From Eledone cirrhosa (Eukaryota), in the NCBI GenBank assembly GCA_964016885.1, contig OZ024740.1, positions 142,910,001-142,974,000 of the forward strand: a stretch of 64,000 bases of DNA. The letters run 5' to 3'. The notes under the pieces are model-generated. The model saw only the letters and a list, made by a program, of their open reading frames with translations. It was not told the origin of the DNA and did not search any database. Positions 43,513 to 57,354 of this stretch are shown here, piece by piece. Both the position numbers and the translations under genes were made by a program. The number at the start of each line of letters is the position of its first letter. The stretch's first letter is position 1.

Positions 43513-44428
43513 CTGTGGAATAGAAATAATCATTTATTGGAAAAAAAAAAGAAAACAAGAAAGAAGCCAATCTTTAGATTGGATCAAAAAAACTAAATTT
43601 CCATTAATGATACTAAATGCTAAGCACAACTCCTTGTAAATGTATCATGCTTTTCTGGTGATAGGAAGCAGAATTTGAGCTCAGAATGCACAGAGTCAGA
43701 ACAAATACTGCAAAGCATACCGCCTGACTCTTTAACAATTCCATCAATCCACCATCCCAGGATTGATGGATTATTTATTGATCTTGAAAGGACGAAGGGC
43801 AAAATTAACCATTATGGGATTTGAACTCAGAGGATTGAAACAAATACTGAAACATATAGTCTGTTGTTCTAACAGCTCTGCCAATTCACTAACGTTTATA
43901 TTTGTTACATAAGTATAAATAGATAAGTAGATTATAACACCTTTTTAGGCCAGTTACATTCATTTTAATATTTCTTTTTGCTTTTCTCACATCTTTATTG
44001 AAATATAACATATCATCATCATAATTTTATGCCTATTTTTCAATGTTGGCATGAGTTGGACAGGTTGTTACAGACTATGACAGTACTTAGTTGGTGTTAC
44101 TGTCTTCCTTGACAAGTTGAAGGACCACATTTATATATATTCCATTTTGTCATGCAAAACACTTTACAGTGTACTGGAGACATTTTAATATGTCACTAAC
44201 TCTAGAGAGATTGTCGTGTCCATGATGTAACTGGAGAGCTCTCTCTACTCTTTGGTGTAGTTTCTATGATTGGATTCCCTTTCTAACACTAACTACTTCA
44301 CAGAGAGTACTGAGTGCATTTTATCATGACACCAACACTAGAGAGGTTTTTATGTCCTTGAAATGTCAATTGAACCATCTCTACCCTGGATAATAAACCT
44401 AAACAAAGGAGATGAAATATTTTCTTAC

Positions 44429-44529
44429 CTCACAATCTGTAAGATCAGGTACAACAATATTTGGTATCATTTCAGGAATAATGTGAAAGTTTCCAGTTTT
44501 CTTGGAATCTATACCAACTCTGGGTACAA
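44429..44529 (-). CDS. MRPL41: Mitochondrial ribosomal protein L41, middle coding exon
   Basis: tttcttttag | VPRVGIDSKKTGNFHIIPEMIPNIVVPDLTDCE | gtaaga; EM.P..VVPDL is the mL41 signature; splice phases 1 and 0 are consistent with the flanking exons. Confidence 0.9.
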
Positions 44530-45799
44530 CTAAAAGAAAAAGAAATTTGATGTACTAACTTCTCAGGTGCATCATATCATAAAAGAAGAAAAGAAAGGAG
44601 CTGATCATCAGATCAGACCAAGAAAACATTGGTCTTCCATTGCTGATACTATCTGCCAGTTGCAACGCCTGGCAGAAGGTGGCAGGATCTGAAATCTGAA
44701 TGTAGAGAACAGCATCAGATACTGCATAGCATCCCATCCTACTCTTCAAGAATAGAACCAGAACAAATACCGAAGCATTTAATCTGATGCCCTACCAACT
44801 GTGTTAATGTCATACAAACTCACACTCTAATAACTAATTATGGTATAATGGTGATCTTTATATTTTTGTATTAATCAGAACACTTAGTAAAATCTATTTG
44901 GGGAAAAGAATAATAGAATGGAAGACTAGAAGAATGTTAGGACTTTAGAGACCATAATTCTAGGCACCACCAAAGAATTAGGGGATGGTAGAGAAAATAA
45001 GAGAATTATTCCATTGTTTGTATTACTATTTGCTGATATCACTAGTTTCCTCAACTTCTACTGTGTTAACTACATTAATGGTTACAATTGTGTTCCCAAC
45101 TAATGGCAAGGTGTCGATTGTACCAGGTAAAGTGGCGGGGATTAATATAATTAAAACTCTTGAGGGCAATGCACTTGCATGACCGCAGTCATCATAGAAA
45201 AAAAACTGAATATTCTTAATTCGTTTATTCTTTAACTGATTTCAGTCACTAGACAGTGGTCATACTGGGGCATCGCCTTGAAGAGATATATCGATGCTAG
45301 TTTATTATATGTTATTTTATATGTATATATTTTTAACCGATAAATTACGGGACAGATATATACGATGGATTGTCGCAGTTTCTGTCTGCCACATTTAACT
45401 CACACGGCCGTAGTAGAAAACTCTTTCCCAATGTGCTACGCAGTGGGACTGAACTCGGAACCACATGATTGCGAAGCAGTCTCTTTAACTACACAGCTAA
45501 TTGTCGTTTTATGCTTGCATGGATCGGAGGATGCCAAGAGTTTATCCAAGTGTTAAGTAACTTTTTTTTAACGGTATGTGAATTTTATTAAGGCATAACC
45601 GTCAACGTAATATTTATTACAAATAAAAAGAGAAAAATGAAAGAAAGGGGAAAAGAAAAAACACAGGGAGGTAATACACACATCTAGGACCTCATACTAC
45701 AAAAGGTTGGCGAAAGGGATGGACAAACGAAACGCTGCCAGAGCAAAAGATAACAATATATCGCGAGGAGCACTGGGAAACCTCTCTAATAATTTTTGA

Positions 45800-45945
45800 G
45801 GCAAGCTAGCATGCTTCCAGCGTTACCTCGGGTAATGGTGAGGCTGATGCGCTGGAACAGCCAAGCGCCCTCACGAGCATCACCAGTGAAGACAAGTAAC
45901 TGAGAATAAAATCCGCCGAAAGGCCCAGTTACCGCTGGTACTCAT
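45800..45945 (-). mobile_element. 3' fragment of a CRE-like (RLE) non-LTR element in MRPL41 intron 1
   Basis: Minus strand reads TGDAREGAWLFQRISLTITRGNA. Confidence 0.6.
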
Positions 45946-46465
45946 TTTGACAAAAATCATACAAGCCTTCTGTATTAAAGTTAAAGTAAAATCAGCCAAC
46001 CCGATGTACCAGTTGTTTTATTAAACAATTGTAACCGAAGAAGTAAATTTTTTTTTAATGTAAACAAAAGTGAAAAATATTTAGTTAACTGCAAATATAA
46101 AACTCATTTACGGAAGGAATACATTTTAAATATCATTTGGCCCATTATCACAAGTTAGATATGACAGTCATTTTCATCATATTTTGCTTTAAATTCCATT
46201 CAATATAGAAGGCTTATAGGATTTTGCCATCATTTTCATTTGGGCGAACTAGAGCAAAGTGAAATGAAGCGCCATGTTCAAGGACACGACGTGTCACTCT
46301 GGGAATCGAACCCACAATTTTATGATCGTGAGATCAACACCCTAACTACTAAACAATGATTCAATGTTGATATAATGTTAATATCACAAAAGGTGATGAA
46401 AAATAATGTTTAAAAAATCACTCTAAACAGCAGTTATTCATCAACGAAGGACACCTAGTACTCAC

Positions 46466-46628
46466 TGTGTTTAGCAAGAAGCTGTTGCACTTGTTTATGG
46501 TTCTTTTTATTTTGAGTTGCATGTTTTCCAGTAACCTCAAAACGTTTATCGAAAGGCTTGCGACTTTTCTTACCCAGTAAGAAAGCACTAGTCCGAAAAG
46601 TTCGAGTTATTTGCAATGTTGACTGCAT
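46466..46628 (-). CDS. MRPL41: Mitochondrial ribosomal protein L41, first coding exon (transit-peptide-like)
   Basis: MQSTLQITRTFRTSAFLLGKKSRKPF...LLAKH A|gtgagt; phase 1 joins exon 2; spliced CDS is 387 nt (128 aa). Confidence 0.8.
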
Positions 46629-47399
46629 TATTGTTATTAGACTTCAATATCACAACTGACACCGTTTAATTCCTTACAGCAAAATAATAACTATTGAAAT
46701 TTTGTTCCGGATATTATGTTATTATTGGCAGTATCGGGAGAAGATTGAACAACATGCTTTGCAGCATATAGTTACGACCCTTTACGTTCTGAATTTAAAT
46801 CCCAGCGAGACTAACTTTGCCTCTCATCCTTATGTGGCTGATAAAATATAGTACCAGTAACACACTGAGGTCAATTTAATCGATTTTCCCATTGCCTTTA
46901 AATTACTGACATTGTCCTAAAAGTAGAAACAATTATTAAAGGTCAACAAAATAAGGAAAATATTTAGAAAATTTAAATAATAAATAGGAAAAGGGAAAAG
47001 ATCAACCATGACTGAGAAAAACCTACGATAATAAGTATTCCAGTCATGACCCTCCCACCTTTATAAAGGTTTCTAGGTCCATATTATGTGCCCTTTTAAG
47101 ACAGTTGAGTGTGGTTCAATAGATATTTGACTGCCATTTCTAGAAGTGCATAGAGACTCCATTCTTGGTTCGTTTAAAGCCATCCAGTTACATACGATTA
47201 TTGTCTGTGTTATACATAAATTATCATTTAAATTGTACACACACATTCTCTCTCTCTCACACACACATATACTTGAGATTAACTCGTCCAAATCTGAGGT
47301 GATAAATATGAGCTATGATGAAACTCAGTTAGAAGCCACTATACACAGCATTCAGCCAGTCTTGACTGAGGTATGTCTAACTGAGAGATGATGTCTACA

Positions 47400-48560
47400 C
47401 TCTTGGCTCCCTAATTCTCTCAAAAGCCATACATGAGTGCCTGGAGATCAAACAAGTTGACCGGGCAAAGATGACAGAGAGATTGCACCCCATCAATGCA
47501 CATCCTGCTTACTTCCTTCTAGGGAATTGTTTCATCATCCTCAAATTACTCTTTATGCTGTGCTGTATTCCTTGTCACCTTCACACGAATCATCTCAACG
47601 AACTTGACATTATCATCTGTCTCTGTGCTGAACTCGTCTGCAATGTTAGTTTTAATGATGCCAGCTCGCAACAAGTGAAACTCTTCTTGGTGGTTTAGAC
47701 TTCCATGCAACATATGACCTGGCACAGCTGGCCTACATATCTTACATTATCTCCAGCTTTATCTTCATCAACAAGGTTCTCTGCAAGATGTCAGAACCAG
47801 ACATTGACCTGGAACTTGAGTTAGCTCTGGCCATTTGAATTAATGATGGCCTTAGTATGTAGGTTACCAATGCAACTGGAATGACATCATGTGCAGGTCA
47901 ACCTTCATTCAAATTGAGTCTACTTTGGCCCAACCTGTTCTACCTCACAACGAAACAGTGGCGTATGGCTCAATTCGGTGCCCTCCTCATTCTTGATGAT
48001 GAGTACACACATATGAGAGTGACTCTTTACCTCAGTCTCTGCATGTGTAAGTCACACAAATGCTATTGTGGAGTGAAGGTCGATGAGTTTGGACTATAAC
48101 TACTCTCTTGTCGCCACAGTGCAGGTCTGTTTCCTCGACACATTGCCTTGAATGATGTCATCAGAAGAAACCTTGACATCGTTAGTTTTTCATAACAACT
48201 GGAGCCTGTCGGCCTCAACCGAGATATCCCTCTTCCTGTTAGAAAAAAGTAAATCTCTAACCAGAGACACCATATACTGTGACATTCTCTGCCTCCAACA
48301 TTGTTGCTTCGGCCACAAATTGAGGCACTGCCGCCTATAACATAGAAGAGATAATGATAGCTAAATACCGGGACTTAATTGACCAGTTCCTTTTCATGCC
48401 AATTGCTGTCAAGACTGCTGGTATCCTCATTCACCAAATTGTCCATGACAAAATTGAGAGTAGTGCATCCCACCCAAGGAAGGATCTTCATGAAGTAGAG
48501 TGGCTGATGCAGTGGATGTCACTGGCTGTTCTCCGCTGGCACAGATGAGAAATACCACCT
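47400..48560 (+). mobile_element. Decayed CRE-like non-LTR retrotransposon C-terminus (zinc finger + RLE)
   Basis: HKCYCGVKVDEFG.*LLSCRHSAG..PRH.ALNDVIRR, LEPVGL, KY..L...F.PIAVKT.G, W..Q..SLAV.R; many stops. Confidence 0.65.
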
Positions 48561-49372
48561 AGACTGGGGAAGTTTGCTGCTTCCCATACTTTTGCTTTTT
48601 AATTTTTTCCTTTTTTTTAAATATCCAAACGTTGATGAATTGTAAATATACTTCTTTAAGATGATTATATAATAAACGATGTGTGTTAGTTAATTAGTCC
48701 GTCTGATGTTACATTTGAGTGGAGTAAATTAAAAGATATGTAAGGAGAGAATTACCATATGGAATGAAGTAGGAGTACACACACACACACACATACACAC
48801 ACATATACACACATACATACATACATGATAGCTGCAAACTCTGCTAAGAGTATTGCAATCGCTTGTCAGATTACAGAAAATAGTGCACTTTTAGGCTATG
48901 GCCAGCCACACGAACCTGTAACAGATCCTGAACAAGCAATGCCTGTGCTTTGAAGGTTTTTTAAGTGGGAAAAGGCCTTGCACTCGACCAATCCCACTCT
49001 CTGAGCATCAAAAATACTACCTGAAAAGGAGAACTGGTCAACATTATCAGATGCTTCCGAAGCCACAGGTTTTTTTTCAGAGTTACACTCCCTTAGAAAG
49101 GTGTTGTGACAACAACTGGGGGCCTTTCACTCCCAAGTTAAAAAAAAAGGTCCATTTTGAATGGCCGTTGGCTCTGCTGAGTTCTTCTGCCCTTTGCTGG
49201 GTCTTATATTTCATCCTGCATGGTGTTCAAATATTACCCTCCTCACCAAGCAAGCTTAGTGGGGTTGCCGGTTTAGTCGCTGATGACCCGACCATGAGAC
49301 AAGTTGTACTGGGTTACGTGTTACCAGTAGTACTCGAGAGTGACCTGACATACATACATACATACATACATA

Positions 49373-52300
49373 CACAAAAGGGGAGGGCCAGCAGCTGACA
49401 ATAAATGTAGGCTATGTAAAACAAAGATCGAGGATGTAAGCCACATTGTTGCCAGCTGCGAAAGAATGTCATCTCGCTACTACCTCCCCATGAGACACGA
49501 TGGGATAGCTAAAACCATCTGGAATGCACTTCGGAAAACAAAATTAACAACAAACGAGGAAGAATATATTGAGACAGATGGCACTAAGGAATACTGGTGG
49601 AACCTGAAAATAAAAACTACCACCAAATTAAAGCACAACCGGCCTGATATTATTGTTTGGGACCACACATTGAAAACGTGTTCTGTTGTGGAGATCAGCT
49701 GCCCACTTGATGTAAACGTTGTCAGAAAAATACAGGAGAAGGAGGACATCTATGGACCATTGATGAGGAGTTTACAAATCCAGTATCCAAGATACACCTT
49801 TAGCTTCATACACATCATTATTGGAGCTACGGGTTATATACCAACCCGCTTGGACCAAAGTATGACTGAACTTGCATTTGTGGACAAAAAGCGCAGCTCC
49901 CTAATTCATAGTCTACAAATGGCTGCGATAGCTGGCACCTTCAAAATTTGCAAAACATTCTTGCGATTCAAGGGATGACAATTTCTTTTCTTTTACAACT
50001 TTGCCACCAGGAAGGTGGCCGGTCAAAAAAAATATACTCGAAATTAAGAGAAAGAGATAACATACATACATACATACATACATACATACATACATACATA
50101 CATACATACATACATACATACACTCCATCCTGATTACACCTTCAGATTTATGCTATGATTATTGGGGCACTGGGGTATGTTAGTAACTGCCTCAATACAA
50201 ATCTTGAGATGCTAGGCTTCACAGGAACAGAAAGAACACAACTAGTTAGGAAACTACAAGTACAATCCATTAATGGAACAGTAAAAATATGTAAAACATT
50301 CCAAAAATGTTGCATCTAATAACTGCATATACACATGCACACATACAACTCAAAACATCCACATCCACACATACAATAACATCCATATCTACACATGCAT
50401 GCATACATACATATCTACCTAGTTGATGTTGTGTAAATTCCAATGAGAGAGTCTTGTGTCTATGTTAGAAACCGACTCTCTCTCTATTGGTAAAACTTTG
50501 TGAAATTATAAAACCAGAAGAACATACATACATACATACATACATACATACATACATACATACATACATACATACATACATACATACATACATACATACA
50601 TACATACTTACATAGAAATCTAGAGATGAACGGCCTGACAATACAACCTCTACAGTCAGGTGACAACTACAGATATCTTGGATAGGATGAGAATGTCAGA
50701 TATGATGGACCCATAAATAAGGAGAGAACCAGAACTGAATACCTCAAAAGAGTAAAGAAAATATGGTCATCAGAATTGTCAGCGTACAACAAATACATTG
50801 CCCACAATACTTATGCTGTGCCAATTCTAATGCCAACATTTGGCCTGCTGAACTGGTCATTGCAAGAACTAAGTGAGATGGATGTTAGAACTCGCAAACT
50901 TCTCAGTGTTACTGGGAACTTTAACATCAATGGTGATGTGGATAGGCTATACTTCTCACGCAAGGAAGGTGGCCGGGGTCTAAAATCAATATTAACAACA
51001 TATGAGACCCGGATAGTAACACTGAAGCAACACCTTCAACAGAGGAAAAAGGTTGGCAACCATCTTGCCCAGGTTTATGAGCATGGTAAAAAAATATCAT
51101 TAGAATAGCGACTGATCTGGAGGAGAGATATGGAATAAAGCCTGATATAAATCTCTCACCCAGAGAAATCGGAAGATCCTATTCAATGTTCAAACAAGAT
51201 AAAAAAATTGACCAATTTACAGAAAAAGTTGTGCATGGATACTTGAGACGTAAAACACAGACCATAGAGGGGATAAACCACTCAAAAAGCCTGGCATGGA
51301 GTTCCGACAAGTTTATGACATCACACCTTGAGGGATATCTCTATGCAATACAGGAACAAGAACTCCCTACCAAATATCTGCTGCACAAAAGGGGAGGGCC
51401 AGCAGCTGACAATAAATGTAGGCTATGTAAAACAAAGATCGAGGATGTAAGCCACATTGTTGCCAGCTGCGAAAGAATGTCATCTCGCTATTACCTCCCC
51501 ATGAGACATGATGGGATAGCTAGAACCATCTGGAACGCACTTCGGAAAACAAAATTAACAACAAACGAGGAAGAATATATTGATACAGATGGCACTAAGG
51601 AATACTGGTGGAACCTGAAAATAAAAACTGCCACCAAATTAAAGCACAACCGGCCTGATATTGTTGTTTGGGACCACACATTGAAAACGTGTTCTGTTGT
51701 GGAGATCAGCTGCCCACTTGATGTAAACGTTGTCAGAAAAATACAGGAGAAGGAGGACATCTATGGACCATTGATGAGGAGTTTACAAATCCAGTATCCA
51801 AGATAAACCTTTAGCTTCATACCCATCATTATTGGAGCTACGGGTTATATACCAACCCGCTTGGACCAAAGTATGACTGAACTTGCATTTGCGGACAAAA
51901 AGCGCAGCTCCCTAATTCATAGTCTACAAATGGCTGTGATAGCTGGCACCTTCAAAATTTGCAAAACATTCTTGCGATTCAAGGGATGACAATTTCTTTT
52001 CTTTTACAACCTTGCAACCAGGAAGGTGGCCGGTCAAAAAAAATATACTCGAAATTAAGAGAAAGAGATAACATACATACATACAACAACAGGAGATTAG
52101 CACGAAATACCTGATTCACAAAAGAGATAGGGATGCAGGCAAAACACCTAGATGTGATAACAAGTGCAGACTCTGCAGAACTAACATCGAGGATATCACC
52201 CATGTCATCAGCAGCTGTCCAAAGATATCATCGCAGTACTATCTACCTATGAGGCATGATGTAGTGGCCAAAACACTGTACAATGCAGTTCGTAAAAAAG

Positions 52301-52985
52301 ATAGCCCCAATAATAAACACATTAAAAGCTACAACAATGTGGAAGACATCCATGTACATAATATGAAAGAGTACTGGTGGAATGTTCCAGTAAAAACCCC
52401 AATAAAATGCAGGCATAACAGACCAGATATTATCATATGGGACAGGGAGAAGAAAACATGCACAGTAATGGAAATTAGCTGCCCAGCAGATGCCAATATA
52501 ATATCAAAGATTAGTGAAAAGGAGAATATTAATGCAGAACTGATGAGAAATCTGCAGATACTCCACCCTGATTACACCTTCAGATTTATGCCTGTGATTA
52601 TTGGGGCACTGGGATATGTTAGTAACTGCCTCAATACAAATCTTGAGATGCTAGGCTTCACATGAACAGAAAGAACACAACTAGTTAGGAAACTACAAGT
52701 ACAATCCATTAATGGAACAGTAAAAATATGTAAAACATTCCAAAAATTTTGCATCTAATAACTGCATATACACATGTACAGATACAAAGCATATACACAT
52801 GCACACATACAACTCAAAACATCCACATCCACACATACAATAACATCCATATCTACACATGCATGAATACATACATATCTACCTAGTTGATGTTGTGTAA
52901 ATTCCAATGAGAGAGTCTTGTGTCTATATTAGAAACCGACTCTCTCTCTCTATTGGTAAAACTTTGTGAAATTATAAAACCAGAA
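49373..52985 (+). mobile_element. A-B-A-B array of 5'-truncated R4/Dong-like RLE non-LTR elements separated by (CATA)n: A 49373-50060, B 50123-50522, A 50611-52071, B 52085-52985
   Basis: YRYLG, EGGRGL, AIQEQ, CRLC..E...H....C, RHD, HNRPDI..WD, EISCP, K...Y; each 3' end abuts CATACATA. Confidence 0.85.
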
Positions 52986-53051
52986 CATACATACATACAT
53001 ACATACATACATACATACATACATACATACATACATACATACATACATACA

Positions 53052-53081
<30 letters not shown>

Positions 53082-53082
<1 letters not shown>

Positions 53083-53265
53083 GTGGTGGCTGCCAACTCG
53101 TTTTCGAGTACGGCCACTACTTTATATCCATGTAGGAGAACCCCTACCGATGCGCTGAACAAATGTGACTTTTTAGTCCAGCCAGCGGCTTGAAAACTCT
53201 GGTACAAACACTACACTTGTGACAATTATTGACACATAGTGCTGGGCCCATGGTACCATGTGATG
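53082..53265 (-). mobile_element. LINE 3' fragment with a terminal C2H2 finger, between (CATA)n tracts
   Basis: CSVCTRVFKPLAGLKSH, resembling RTE C-terminal zinc fingers. Confidence 0.5.
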
Positions 53266-53316
53266 ACATACATACATACATACATACATACATACATACA
53301 TACATACATACATACA

Positions 53317-53347
<31 letters not shown>

Positions 53348-53949
53348 TAGTTGTCTGCCCAATACAAAGCTTGATCATTTCAGTGTACATGATGCTCAGT
53401 TCTGGCATGAGATCTTGTGTGGCTTTTTAGACCAAGCATACTTTTAAAAAGATGTCCACATAAATTACACATTTGTTTTGTTGCAACTTGAACTGCCTGT
53501 GTTGTCTGATCTTGATGAACTTTGAAATATATTTTTAGACCTCCTTGAGATTTGTAGATCTTGTGGTATATGTGGCATTGATAATGGTGAACTGGTTTGT
53601 ATGTTTTGTAATCAGTAGGAAGTGCCCTACTTTGTGCTCTTATATGAGATTGAAGTTGAACCTCTGATAGGCTGATTTTGTCACAAACTGTTCAAGTAGA
53701 TAAAGTTCCATTAATTTCATATTCCCCTACTAGTTGTTGTTATTTTCCTTTTAATATTTACTTACATTAGCCTGTTTTGCTCATAAGTTTTGATATTTTC
53801 CTATATTTTTAGCCTGGATAGAACAAATACCAGATGCAGCTGGAGTTTAAAGTGAATGAATTTCTATTTTATTTTCAGAATATGGCGTATGCATTTTTGA
53901 TGGAATCAAATTTCAGAAGAGTACAGAAGAGAGGATAACACAAAGGATC

Positions 53950-56340
53950 TATAAACAGTTATTTTTGTTACATTCTTGATATGTCTTTATGACCAAACCC
54001 AAGACTCTAAACTACCAAAAGATTTTTCTGCCTTTTGATTCCTTAAGGATATTTCTGAATTCAATGTTCCATCCTTATTGAGTACACTACCAAAGTATAT
54101 GAAGGATTCAACAACCTTAAGAAGATTAGCTTTCACAAATGTTCTAGGTTGTTGCATAACTTAACCATGTTCATTTTGGCACAAAAATACCATTTTCTTT
54201 AAATTTATTGCCAAACCAAAGATATCACATGCTGAATCAAATGCAGAAATCAACAGTTGCAGTCCATGCTCAATATGACTGACAAGATCACAATCATCAG
54301 CATACAATAAGTCTCTGATTAGTGCTCTTAAATTTCATCCTCGCTAAATTAAAGACATTTCGTGTGGTACAATATCTTGCATATACCCCTTCATTGTTGT
54401 TTTGGAAAGTATGATAAAGCATGATAGCAAATTATATTGCAAAGAGAATAGGTGCATCAAGGTCTCCCTGTTTTACATCACTTTCTACTGAAAAAGGCTC
54501 AGAATGTGTGCCCCCAAAGTTAATTCCGGCTTTCATGTATGAAGAGCTTTCAATATATTTACAAACTTTTGAGGGCATCCAAATTCAGACAAAACCAACC
54601 ATAAGGCAGTCCTGTTAACAGTATTGAATGCCTTACTGAGATCAACAAAACAATGGTAGAGAGCAAGGTTCTGTTCAATACATTTTTCCTACAGTTATCT
54701 GACTGTGAAGATCATATCACACGAAAACTGCATTGTGACTCTGATATGTTCCTTGGCACTGTGAACCTATTAAGCCATTCCAAAGGGACATGTGCTAGAA
54801 CTTTACTGACAATAAACAATAGAGAAATATCCCTAAAAATTATCATTTTGGTCTTTGAAAAGGGAGGCCAGGATAGCATTAATCCAGTCTTGTAGTACTT
54901 CCACCTTCCTTCAGCAATGGAATATTATAGTGTGTAAAATTCCTACAATTTTATCACCTCCATGCTTGAGAAATTTAGTATTAATACCACCCAGACCAGG
55001 AGATTTATTGCTAATTAATTTCTGTACAGCAGGAACAATATGATTTCTAGTAAGTTCGTATGCCATTTCATCTACAGTTGGGTGGCTTTTCATTGATTCT
55101 ATAACATTTATATTGAGATTAGAAGGCTTATTAAGGACCTCAGAGAAGTGTTCTACCCAATAGTTCTGAATGGAGGCAATATCAGTCAAGAATGACTGAC
55201 CATCTATAGTTGCCATTGAAGAGGATTGTGGACCATACACTTCTTTAATGTAGGAGAAAAATGCCTTAGTATCTTTGTAATCCAGTGCTTCTTGTGCTTG
55301 CTTGATTTTGACTTGCCACCATTTCTGTTTAGTCATTTATGTGAGTCATTATAATGAGGATTGATTGATCAAGAAAGAAGTTTTTGACATAGATTTTATT
55401 TGCCCCTAAATAAGTTACATATTTCAGGGTTGTTATCTGTAACTCAGTCATTAGCTCTCTCTGATCTTATACCTACTAATGCAGATGTTGCCTGGAAGAC
55501 TTTTATTTTAATATCTTGCCTAAGATTGCTCGGGTCAAGTGTGATATTATTTAATGCATATATATCAAGTGTGATATTATTTAGTGCATATAAAAATTGT
55601 GGAGGGCATTAAAGAACTTGAAATTTGTCACATTAAGTTTCTTTGGTACTTCAGTCCCAGAGCGTCTAGTTTTTGGTGCTATAGTTAGATCGAGTTTGGT
55701 CTTGACTAGTTGGTGATGAGTCCAGACTCTGCTCCTCTCATTGTGTGCACACTATATACATCTTTTACATCACATTTTTAAACTAAAATATAGTTAATGA
55801 GATGCCAGTTCTTAGATCTTGAGAGCATCCAAGTTGTTTTATATTATTTTTTTGCTGAAAGAAAATGTTTGTTATTACAATTTAAGTTTCAGTGCAAAAG
55901 GTGAGGAGTGAAACATCATTTTGGTTACCTTTCCCTAAGGGAAGCCTTGTTATGAAATTAGATCCAACCCTCTAGTTGAAGTCACCCATAATTACTAGCT
56001 TAGCAGCTAGCACATTTCTCACTAATTCTCCAAGTTCGTTGCAGAATTGTTCAATATATTCTTCTAGGTAAGATACTGTGGGAGTGTAAACGCTTATTAT
56101 TGTAAAGTATCTTCCTCTTTTTCAGATGCAGACGACATATATAATATGTTCTGATGAACCACTGGGATAATTTTCAAAAGATGAGATGAGAGAGCTTCTA
56201 ACAGCCAAGCCAACACCTGATTCTCTTATTTCACTTTCTGCTACACCTTTCGAAAAGTAAGTGTAACCAAATCCATTTTCATTGAGCTGACAATCCCTAG
56301 GCATGTTTCAGAGAGAGCTACATTATCTAATGAATATCTA
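53950..56340 (-). mobile_element. Old decayed RTE-like LINE (APE + RT)
   Basis: GYTYF..G...RESGVGLAV; KEVYGP; WVEHFSEVLN; NKSPG; DLLYADD at ~54293-54313. Confidence 0.75.
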
Positions 56341-56349
56341 TTAATAATA

Positions 56350-56930
56350 AACGGAAAAAATGAAACGTAATTTCATTTCCCACTCTTAGTACGGCTGTTA
56401 CTTACATATAAGTATGTACACGTACATACATATATGTATACAGTCGTACAGTAGTATGTATATATACATACATGCACACATATATATATATACGTATGGA
56501 TTCACCGAACATTTATTATAATGCTCGGTGTGTTTGTAAACAAACATCCCGTATTAAGCCGTAGTGTCTAGCTGTTAATATGCATAAGGTAAGTATATAC
56601 GTTCAACAATCTGGCAGGAAGGTATACGTTGCTGACGATAGCTAATAAGCTTGAAACTAGTACAGCGTTCCTTTGTCAGTGTTGAACAAATGAGCAACGA
56701 TGGTTGCTAGACACTACGGCTTAATACGGGATGTTTGTTTACAAACACACCGAGCATTATAATAAATGTTCGGTGAATCCATACGTACATATATATATGT
56801 GTGCATGTATGTATATACATATACATACTACTGTACGTCTGTATACATATATGTATGTACGTGTACATACTTATATTTAAGTAACAGCCGTACTAAGAGT
56901 GGGAAATGAAATTTCGTTTCATTTTTCCTG
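56350..56930 (+). mobile_element. Fold-back ORF-less element with a central hammerhead (56626-56668), related to the 467-bp tandem
   Basis: Inverted arms ~56350-56572 and 56706-56930; acgttg CTGACGA t-agct aata agct-t GAAA CTAG TA cagcgt. Confidence 0.8.
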
Positions 56931-57070
56931 TTTACAAATATAATGTCGTTGATAAAAACAAATAAACACATAAAAGAGAGAAAAAAAGAAAAAGGGGGTG
57001 AAGCAAAACAAAAACGAAAACGATCATCAATTCACCACCAAGTGCGACAATCGACCGCACATCATAAGGG

Positions 57071-57250
57071 TCAATGGAGAACTATGAGGCAAGCCAACAC
57101 ATTCGCAACATTATCAAGGGTGATGGCGAGGCTAAGACGCTGAAACAACCAAGCAACCTCACGGGCATTGCCTGACACCTCAGTAAAGCGAACCGCCAGC
57201 AACGACAAGAACTTCGCTGTTTGGTGGTCCAACTCCACCAAACATCTTAA
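57071..57250 (-). mobile_element. 3' fragment of a CRE-like non-LTR element
   Basis: SGNAREVAWLFQRLSLAITLDNVA. Confidence 0.65.
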
Positions 57251-57354
57251 ACACCACAGGCTGGAAAAATAATAAGTAGTTAAATTCATCTAATTCAAAA
57301 TGAAATGAAATGAAAATTATTGTGTACAGTGCATCAAAGGTGCATGTAAAGTAC

